A stretch of DNA of 7,354 bases from Octopus sinensis (taxonomy: Eukaryota), in the NCBI RefSeq assembly GCF_006345805.1, contig NW_021828940.1, positions 1 through 7,354 of the forward strand, read 5' to 3'. Made by a program: the position numbers and the translations under genes. Each line of letters begins with the position of its first letter. Within the stretch, counting starts at the first letter, position 1. Under the pieces are notes generated by a model. That model was not told the DNA's origin. It searched no databases and was given only the letters and a program-made list of their open reading frames with translations. Of the stretch, positions 1-7,173 are shown piece by piece.

Positions 1-449
1 AGGGACATTGGGGTAAAATATACGAAGCCAGTATAGCCATCACGACTACCCGTCTGATAAGGGTACACTAGGCACATTCATCACAACCATGTGTGCGCAA
101 ATGGTGATCTCATATCAAGATAAACAGCGCATGACCTTGCAGGTGGGGGCCAGTTAGAATTTTCTTCTGGTCGAGTAGCCCATACGCTCAAAAGGTCCCT
201 GAATAAGGGTTGATAAGGCTGGTTGAACGAAACACCCATGTTCCAAAGGTGAATTATTCAAACCCCAAAGAATCTTCCAACACAACGTTTTTATGATGCT
301 TCCCCTACTACTTCTACTCGTGATCAGAGATGCACATTATCGTCAGCCACTAAGGGACATGCTCAACTGGTTATGGTCAAACAACTGACAAGCAAATCTG
401 TTGTATTGAGCAGAATAGTTGCTGTAGCCTTCTTTTATACCAAAGAAGA
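1..449. repeat. Interspersed non-coding repeat (SINE-like or retroelement UTR-like), running off the left window edge
   Basis: Complex, non-coding sequence of balanced GC that stops abruptly at the (TTA)5 tract at 452. It resembles from memory a high-copy Octopus repeat (e.g. GTGATCAGAGATGCACAT...TCGTCAGCCACTAAGGGACATGCTCAACTGG). Not verifiable here. Confidence 0.45.
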
Positions 450-451
450 GC

Positions 452-466
452 TTATTATTATTATTA
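452..466. repeat. (TTA)5 / (TAA)5 microsatellite, probable retrotransposon target site
   Basis: TTATTATTATTATTA read directly, one base away from the T10 run (468-477). Confidence 0.9.
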
Positions 467-467
467 C

Positions 468-477
468 TTTTTTTTTT
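468..477 (-). other. Poly(A) tail (A10) of the retrotransposon
   Basis: T10 on the plus strand, 160 nt beyond the ORF stop (TGA at 640-638). The minus strand reads GAAAGAAG-A10-G-(TAA)5. Confidence 0.8.
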
Positions 478-640
478 CTTCTTTCAAATTTGCTTCCATT
501 TCTTGCCGAGTGTCTTCCCGACTCCTAGGGTAAAGAAACTCATAGTATACATTGGTAGGCCATTAAACCAAACTCAATAGTTCGTTCATTTTTTTTATTT
601 TTTAAGTTAAATTAAAATACATGAGCAGCAACAGTTCTCA

Positions 641-975
641 CATCGACAATGCTCTTCTCAATACGTGTGATGCACCAATTAAGACAATCTTTTGCACTTC
701 TTGCAGGGATGGTAAGCCAGGGATCATTCTCATATAATTTTCGGTTCTCTTCTTGATCATTCCTAATGCTCCTACGATCACTGGTATTGTAACCGCCTTG
801 AGATGCCACATTTTCTCAATTTCAATGAGTAGGTCTTTATATTTTCTGAGCTTGTCAAACTCTTTCGCTGAGATATTATGATCACAGGGGATGCTCATGT
901 CGATCAATAAGCAAACTTTATTGTTTTGGTCTTTCACAACAATCGGTCTGTATGTACTGGAAAGTCCCACAGAAT
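641..975 (-). other. Restriction-like endonuclease domain, damaged at the PD motif
   Basis: LWDFPVHTDR / IVVKDQNNKVCLLIDMSIP...KEFDKLRKYKDL...IPVIVGALG. Confidence 0.88.
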
Positions 976-1125
976 GGTTACATTTTCTCCTTCAGTTACA
1001 GCCTCAGGGTGGTGATTATACCACTTGTCGGCAGTTTTGATATTGTAATGCCGACTTATTAGCCAGTGTAGATATTGGCCAACTCTGTCATGTCTTAATT
1101 TATACTCCACTGGTGCTAAGACTTT

Positions 1126-1179
1126 ACATCCAGAGATTAGGTGGTCCACTGTTTCAATCATGTCGTTGCAGAATCGGCA
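1126..1179 (-). other. CCHC zinc knuckle (C-x2-C-x8-H-x4-C)
   Basis: CRFCNDMIETVDHLISGC, followed by YKLRHDRV, as is typical upstream of the RLE in R2-group elements. Confidence 0.9.
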
Positions 1180-1929
1180 TTTTGGGTCTGCTCCATTTTT
1201 CATCACATTGGCCTGGTAGTTCCGGGTTAATAGGCTTTGATCTTGAGCAGCCAGGATGAAACCTTCGCTCTCTGCTTTTAGCCCTGAGCTCCGTAGCCAC
1301 TGATGGGTTTACTTCTGGTCAACATCAGCTTGTTTGCTGCGGGCCACATATTTGTCGTGCAGAGGTTTCTCCTCCCACCTATCAGCCAATTGCTCGTGCG
1401 CTTTTTTCCTTGCCATTATTTTCACCTTCTTTGCAACAATAGTTGCCGTACTTCCCTCGGGTTGCTCAGTTTGGGTATCCTGCACGAGATCAATAGCAAA
1501 TTCTTTGCTTTCCTTTATGATAGAATGAAGCTTCTTTCGTCTCTCGTGATTTTCCACGAGCTTTAGCATCCAGTCATTCGATATTTCGAGATATTTGGCC
1601 AGTCCAATTGTGGTGTTTTGTAAGCTAGTTCAAATTGGATCAGGCCTCGACCTCCTTGGGCTCTGGGAAGGTAAAAGCAATCTACGTCTGCCTTTGGGTG
1701 GTGCATCCTATAACAACTCAGCAGCTTGCGTATTTTCCAATCTATATTCTTTACTTCACTCATATTGCAGTTCAACACATTGTAGCTATAAGTAACAACT
1801 GGAACTGCTAAGGAATTGATAGCTAACACCTTGTTACGTGCATTTAGTTCAGATTTCAGGACTGCACGAACTCTCCTATAACATTCCTTCCTGATTTTCT
1901 CTTTCATGCTTGCATGCTGAATACCAGAG

Positions 1930-2900
1930 CCTTCATTTATCCCTAAATATTTGTATGTTTGTTCTTGCTCAAGCTCTCTTATGACTGTGTCAACATCTAA
2001 CACGACTGAATTTGTGGTCTTCACTTTCCTTTCTGGAAAGTGGCCTTGGCACACTTCTCAAGTCCAAACTCCATCCCGATGTCATCGCTGAATGCTTTCA
2101 CAGTGCGCAGTAGGCCTTCAAGTTCATTATTGTCTTTACCATAGAGTTTTAAGTCATCCATATAAAATAGATGGCTTATTTTTTTATTGGCAATTTTATA
2201 CCCATACCCTGTTCTGTTTAATTCACTTGCAAGGGGTATTAGGGCTATGCAGAATATTAAAGGTGAAAGTGAGTCACCTTGAAAAATTCCACAGTTGATG
2301 TTTATATTTTCTGAGGCAAGTACTCCATTAGAGTGGTATAATAGAGATTCGTATTCCACAACGACATATTGTGCTTCAAGAAGTTTGAAATCACAGGGGA
2401 AATTTTGAAGATGTCCAGCGATCTCAAGATCCATGGATGCGGTATACTGTTGAAGGCCTTTTTATAGTCAATCCATGCGGAGCTGAGATTTCTGCGCTTG
2501 TTGTGACAGTTCTCAAGGATCATACGATTAATTAGCAGTTGATCTTTGCATCCGTAAGAGCCTCGGCGGCACCCTTTTTGTTCAATGGGGAAAATATCGT
2601 TCTCTCCATGAATGCATATGTTTTCTCCGCCAGGATAGATGTTAGGATTTTATACGTGGTAGATAGACAGGTTATAGGCCGATAGTTTTTTGGAAGGTTG
2701 GTTTCGTTATTCTTTGGGAGTAGGTAAGTAATGCCACTTGCTAACCATTCAGTGTTTTCTTTGGGTCTCTCATATTCTTGAGCAGCTGAACTAGCTTACC
2801 GTGTGCGCATGGGAGCGATGCGAGCCAGAAATTCGGCACCCTATCTTTACCGGGGGATTTCCAATTATGGGCCTTCGTGAGTGCCTTTCTTAGGTCTGCT
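1930..2900 (-). other. Reverse transcriptase domain (approximate bounds); YMDD at 2164-2153
   Basis: Motifs SPGKD, YRPITCL, QKG, DYKKAFNS (normally AFDS), QGDSLSP, FYMDD and YKYLG occur in the right order. Confidence 0.93.
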
Positions 2901-4394
2901 ATTGTGATGTCTTCCCATGCTTGTTGTTGTAAATTTTGGTAGGATCCTTCAGTTTGTATAATCCAGTCTGCATTTATGTTGTACGTCTTCTTGTCACTCC
3001 AAATCCTTTTCCAAAAGTGTTGAACTTCTTCCATGGAGGGGGGGTCTTTAACGGTTACTTTCTCCTTCCCTATTTCTCTGTAGAATTTTTTGGCATTGGA
3101 TGTGAACAGCTTATTTTGCTTGTAAAACTTGTTTCTCTTCTCAAATCTTCGTATTTTTTTGGGCTTTTGCTTGGACTTTTTGTTTCAGCGTTTCTTTTAT
3201 TGATATCAGTTCTTCTCTTGGTGAGGATCCAAATTTCTCTTCATCTTTCTTCCTGTTCTGGATCTTACATCATTTCCACATATTAGTTCATTTAATATTG
3301 ATATTTCCCTCTCATAATTCAATCTCTTTTTCAATTTTACTCCTCCAGGTTTGGATTTCTTCCCAGGTTTGGTTTTCTTTGTTTTTTTCGGGGGCATACA
3401 GCTGGTTTCAATTGCCCTAGCAGAAGCGTAAATAATTTCATTTAACTCAGTAAAATCAGGTTTTAATTCTTGTATTATTTCATTTGTTACATAGTTGCCA
3501 ATTTGGATTTGTCTTTTATTTTGGTTTGTATTTGAGAGTTTATGAAGTGGTTCTCTATCATTCATACTTGTATGTCTTACAACTTCAAGCGTATTCAGGA
3601 TTTTCTGCCTCATTTCTGCCATAGACTCTCTGTGTTCTTCAGCAAATGCGAGATCTTCAGTTACTGTTGTTTTATCGTTTTCCTGGCTATCTTTAACAGG
3701 TACAATAGAATTTCTTGTATCTTCAGGCCTTTGCGTACTTTGGTCAGATGTCAGTCTTTCAATTAAGCCTCGTGGCGGGCTATACTGTTCATCTGATTCT
3801 TCATTTCCTTTGTGTCTTATATTTATGTCATTTTCCGTTGCGTGCTTGATCGCGCTTATTTCACTGTCTGTGAGTCTGTTATTTCTAAGGATATCCCTCC
3901 TTACATTTGCTAATTTGTTCTCGTCCAAATAGGGCCTACTGTCTTGATTCCGTGTTCTCCATATACTGTAAGGGTTTGCGGTGTGTCTCTCTTGAGATGG
4001 CCTACCTAATGCATAGTAATAAGCGTATATTACTTCTTTATACTCTTCTCTTGTTCCGCTTACATTTTTCTTTCTGTGGTGGTTGTGGTGGTGAACTTGG
4101 AGGGCTCGAGTTGGGGGATTTCCCGTTCAAGTGACCATCCATGTCCGTATTCGGAGAAGAGTTTGTGCCAGTTGATGACTTTTCGATCCTAGGCTGGCTC
4201 TTCCCTGGGGACCCGCTTCCAGATTAACCATAGGACAAGCGATTTGGTATACTGATTTAGTTTTCCTTTTAGTTTCCAAAAACATTTTGGTGCTACGATA
4301 ATGTTATCATTTTTGAGCTTTGATTGGCTCGTGGGGAGACGGCCATCATTGCCGTTACAATTATAATCGTACCATTATAGCAGCCGTAGTCGGC

Positions 4395-4572
4395 TTATTA
4401 TTGTTATTATCATCACCATTATTATCACTATCATCATTATCACCACCATTACCATCATCATTATCATCATCACCATCACCATCACCACCATCATCATCAA
4501 TGATATTGTTTTATGTGTAGTCACAGCAGTATCTTATTATTGTTATTTTTGTTTTTTATCATTATCACCATC
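4395..4572. repeat. Degenerate trinucleotide microsatellite (TTA/TCA/CCA)
   Basis: Runs such as TTATTATCATCACCATTATTATCACTATCATCATTATCACCACC. Confidence 0.9.
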
Positions 4573-4579
4573 ACAGTAG

Positions 4580-4628
4580 TGTCTGTCTGTCTCGTTGGCT
4601 GGCTTGGTGGTTGGCTGGCTGACTGTCT
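4580..4628. repeat. Degenerate tetranucleotide repeats (TGTC)n then (TGGC/TGGT)n
   Basis: TGTCTGTCTGTCT...TGGCTGGCTTGGTGGTTGGCTGGCTGACTG. Confidence 0.75.
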
Positions 4629-4719
4629 TCAACGCCAGAGTTCTTGCCTGTCAAATAATACTTTCATATTTGGTTAACAATAGAGCCGAGGTGAGGTTTG
4701 TGTTGGTTGAACTCTTTGA

Positions 4720-4804
4720 GTGTGTGTGTGTGTGTGTAGATAGATAGATTATCAGCACTATTACTATCATTATTATCATCATCACCATCATCACCATCAC
4801 CATC
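4720..4804. repeat. Compound microsatellite (GT)9-(TAGA)3-(ATC/ACC)n
   Basis: Read directly from the sequence. Confidence 0.9.
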
Positions 4805-4840
4805 AGTGATTTTTTTCTTCTTTTTTTTTGTTTTTTGTAG

Positions 4841-5508
4841 GTGGGGTCCTATCGGTCAAAAAAAGTTCAGATGTTTACTACTATTAGCCTTAAGAAAAAT
4901 TAAGGAAGGGCTGTTCTGTATTGTTTGTGAATAGAGAAGTTGTGTTCGACCAGAGAGAATCTTAGCATCATTATTATTTTTTTTTCCATGTGCGTTTGTG
5001 TTATTGCAATAAAAAGTGTTTGTATATTTCGTGCAAGGCAATATTGTGGAGGTTGAAGTTGACTTTATAGAGATGTTTGTATGTCCAGTTAGAAGAACAG
5101 GTGTGTTTTTGCAATAAAAAGTATATGTTTACATTTATATTTGAATATTCAGGGAGAAGCAAAGAAACAGGATTTGATTTTCATAGAAAGTTTCATGGTC
5201 TTGCAAGTCCACAAAAAGAAAAGCGTGATGCTTTTAGAGAGAAGGAAAAAAAAATGGGTGTTTACAGAGGCAGTTGTGCGTATTAAAGTTTTTAAAGCCG
5301 ATCGGATGTATGTTTGAAAGCTGTAGATATGTAAATTTGTAAATTTCTTTACTTATTTTGAAGAGAATTTCAAATACTCACGAGGTATTGTAGATGTTCC
5401 AGTCTTTGAGAGTTATTTTTCCCCGTTGCCAAACTGGCTCATAGTGTTTCTATTTCTATGGCTTTCGGCTACTGAATTGTCAGAGCAGTGAGGAATACGT
5501 CCAGCCGC
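4841..5508 (-). pseudogene. Decayed coding-like segment, possibly the N-terminal part of a Penelope-like element ORF
   Basis: The minus frame from 5419 reads KITLKDWNIYNTS*VFEILFKISKEIYKFTYLQLSNIHPIGFKNFNTHNC, with an ATG at 5442 one frameshift upstream. 'FTYLQLSNIHPIGF' loosely resembles the F-L-x(6-7)-I-P-K-G motif at PLE N-termini. The minus strand is G-poor. Weak evidence. Confidence 0.3.
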
Positions 5509-5526
5509 TTATTATTATTATTATTA

Positions 5527-5575
<49 letters not shown>
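5509..5575. repeat. (TTA)n microsatellite, about 22 units, one interruption
   Basis: Read directly; TTTT interruption at 5527-5530. Confidence 0.97.
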
Positions 5576-5579
5576 TGTA

Positions 5580-6406
5580 TTTGTAATATGAATTCATACA
5601 CCCAACCTTTTTCTCTACCCTCTCCTTACTGCAGCCCTATCATACCTCCCCTACTCACATATCTCACTCTTATTCACTCCTTAACTTCTCATCTCCTTCT
5701 ATCCAACCCCTCCTCCACTCTCCTCCCCATCCTCCCCTCACATTATCTTGACCATCAACTAACACGTCTTTTCTCACTTTTTCACCCTTTCTTCACTTTT
5801 TTCACTCTTTTTACTTTTCCCTTTTAGTTTTTGTTCTTTCTCTCTTTTTCTATTTTTTATTTATTTTGTCCTTTTCTTTTTTTTTTCTCTTTCTTCCTCT
5901 CATTTTCTCTTCCTGTCTTTATTTCGATCTATCTCCTCATTCTAATCATACACATCTCCCCTTCTATCCACAAATATTACCTATACATTCTCAAATTTTC
6001 ATTCAAACAACAAACCCCTTTGAATGAGCACCACAGAATCCACGGCTCCATACTTTGAAATGACTAAACATGAACTACTATTGGAACTTACAAACCATGT
6101 ATAGGAAACTTATTTACCACTTCTATACACCACTTTCTTCGAATAATGGAACTGCAACTACAATATTTTGTATTTTATTTCTACTTCCATTCTCTTATTT
6201 CCCTCTATATTCCCTGTCTCCTCCTTTTCCGTAATAATTCCTTATTTCTAACTCAAATATTCTCCTCTATTTAACCACCTCACATCGTCTCTGATGAAGG
6301 GATATCCATTATATCCAGAAACAGCTGTAAGACTATATCTATATCTTTTTCTTATAATGTCCTGAAAACTCCTCACAGCCTTGACTTTGTTATCTCATTT
6401 TGTCTA
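5580..6406 (+). mobile_element. Probable Penelope-like element 3' end / pseudo-LTR remnant
   Basis: Contains a minimal hammerhead motif with a palindromic stem/loop III. It is strongly G-poor and ends at a (TA)n tract. YLYILKFSFKQQTPLNEH (about 5977-6031) weakly resembles the 'I...LN' C-terminus of PLE GIY-YIG domains. The 5' ~350 nt may be only low-complexity DNA. Confidence 0.5.
6287..6333 (+). ncRNA. Minimal type I hammerhead ribozyme motif
   Basis: Stem I GTCT(6287-6290)/AGAC(6330-6333); core CTGATGA(6291-6297); stem II GGATAT(6300-6305)/ATATCC(6311-6316) with loop CCATT; GAAA(6318-6321); palindromic ACAGCTGT(6321-6328); cleavage triplet GTA(6327-6329). Confidence 0.85.
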
Positions 6407-6439
<33 letters not shown>

Positions 6440-6457
6440 AATATATATATATATATA
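6407..6457. repeat. (TA)n microsatellite with two phase shifts
   Basis: Read directly from the sequence. Confidence 0.97.
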
Positions 6458-6458
6458 A

Positions 6459-6542
6459 CTGGCACGCCGTCGGTTCCAAGAGTTCCAGTTAATCCGACTA
6501 ACGGAACAGCCTACTCATAAAATTAGCGTGCAAGTGGCTGAG
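6459..6542 (+). repeat. Short SINE-like internal fragment with a hairpin
   Basis: CTGGCACGCCGTCGGTT...AACGGAACAGCCT...GTGCAAGTGGCTGAG resembles from memory an abundant Octopus SINE body. Hairpin GTTCC-A-GTTA / TAAC-GGAAC at 6482-6507. Confidence 0.55.
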
Positions 6543-7173
6543 TTCCTGTTGAACTGCATACTTTAAGTCCTCAGCCATGGTCCTCACGATTTTTCATCCA
6601 AAGGTGTAAGGGACTGCCAAGTTGACACATGTTCAGTATAATTGCAAAAATGTTACGGAGTTTCCTTGGAGAATCTGACACTGATGCTTCAGTCAATGCA
6701 GGGTCCCAATGCTCACCAATTTCTAAAGAAAACCTTGTTGATAGCGTGCTTCCCTATAAGTTTCATACACATGACCATTTACCCTCCTCGAATCTTAAAA
6801 TGATTTGGGACCAAGTACTTCATGCAAAAAGAGCCGTAAGTAATAGCGTTCTGCTTGGCTTGGGCAAGGACACTGTAAACTCTTGCAAGAGCGTCAGCCC
6901 CATGTTTGAATTTGTACCATTTATTGTTTCTCCAAGTGTAATACTTTTGTAATTGTTGGTAAAGGAATCTTTTTCATCTTCATCTACTTGACATAACTTA
7001 AAAAAAGTAGTAAGGGTAGCTTCTTTTAGAGAAAGTGCTTGTTCCAAGGCTGTTTGTTCTGTAAAGATAACCTTGTGGCCATTCTCTAGATGGACGCTCA
7101 GATGAATGATGGCTGGCTGCCTCCCATGAAGTAGAAAATTGAAGATGCGCCAAAAAGCCTCATTGGTATTGAT
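6543..7173 (-). mobile_element. Decayed Helitron RepHel fragment (region between the Rep and PIF1-like helicase domains)
   Basis: Manual translation across about four frameshifts: INTNEAFWRIFNFLLHGRQPAIIHLSVHLENGHKVIFTE...TLTTFFKLCQ / FLYQQLQKYYTW...ALARVYSV / PSQAERYYLRLFLHEVLGPKSF*DSRRVNGHVYETYREA / EHWDPALTEASVSDSPRKLRNIFAIILNMCQLGSPLHLW / MAEDL. These match the well-known Helitron motifs EAxWRI, LxVHLENGQRV, TTLTAFF, YYTW, LGRVY, YLRLLL-x3-GPxSF, TYREAC and LRxLFAxIL. Confidence 0.93.

Larger units (their letters stand above)
638..4070 (-). pseudogene. Fragmented single-ORF RT-RLE polyprotein
   Basis: Track ORFs 3206-3928, 2741-3034, 2302-2523, 2021-2434, 1563-2054, 1309-1569, 934-1206 and 638-970 are consecutive pieces of one protein. 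I translated the gaps manually (KIRRFEKRNKFYKQNKLF; WLASGITYLLPKNNETNLPKNYRPITCLSTTYKIL; THQWLRSSGLKAESEGFILAAQDQSLLTRNY). There are roughly ten frameshifts and an in-frame TAA at 1311-1309. The original start may lie upstream (candidate ATG at 4285). Confidence 0.92.
467..4392 (-). mobile_element. Non-LTR retrotransposon with RT plus C-terminal restriction-like endonuclease, R4/Dong/Rex6-like; near full-length, inactive
   Basis: Minus-strand ORF fragments join in the canonical order: N-terminal region (REEYKEVIYAYYYA...IWRTRNQDSRPYLDENKLANVRRDIL), RT (NWKSPGKD, NYRPITCL, EQKGC, WIDYKKAF, GIFQGDSLSP, HLFYMDD, GMEFGLEKC, YKYLG), LPRAQGGRGL, ESEGFILAAQDQ, CCHC knuckle, RHD, RLE. A ~160-nt 3' UTR and A10 tail follow, abutting (TAA)5. 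The 5' boundary is uncertain (~4344 or ~4392). Confidence 0.93.

Noticed and set aside
300-350. CTGACGA on the minus strand in the left repeat
   Set aside because: It is followed by GAAG rather than GAAA, and there are no proper flanking stems.
433-440. TATAAAAG (TATA-like) on the minus strand
   Set aside because: It is a short motif in AT-rich DNA with no supporting promoter context.
612-809. 65-aa minus-strand ORF
   Set aside because: It is an alternative frame overlapping the RLE domain.
1930-2900. Prokaryotic RT system (retron, DGR, group II intron, CRISPR-RT)
   Set aside because: The RT motifs, CCHC-RLE C-terminus, poly(A) tail and microsatellite/SINE context all indicate a eukaryotic non-LTR element. 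No CRISPR-like repeat-spacer array is present.
1303-4134. Plus-strand ORFs (1303-1566, 1334-1528, 1595-1795, 2092-2298, 2936-3286, 3542-3766, 3907-4134)
   Set aside because: These are antisense shadows of the retrotransposon ORF with no recognisable motifs.
4290-4392. Possible HDV-like ribozyme at the retrotransposon 5' end (minus: TGATGGCCGTCTCCCCACGAGCCAATCA)
   Set aside because: Only a simple imperfect hairpin can be drawn. I could not build the nested P1/P1.1/P2/P3 pseudoknot or find a J4/2 catalytic C.
4320-4520. 66-aa Leu/Ser/Pro-rich ORF
   Set aside because: It is a translation of a trinucleotide microsatellite.
5455-5490. Hammerhead-like CTGACAA...CGAAA on the minus strand
   Set aside because: The core has a mismatch and stems I, II and III do not pair.
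5588-6058. Hydrophobic ORFs 5588-5827 and 5831-6058 resembling membrane peptides
   Set aside because: Their composition follows from pyrimidine-rich low-complexity DNA. Only the last ~25 codons weakly suggest a GIY-YIG C-terminus.
6629-6952. 107-aa plus-strand ORF
   Set aside because: It is antisense to the Helitron coding fragment.
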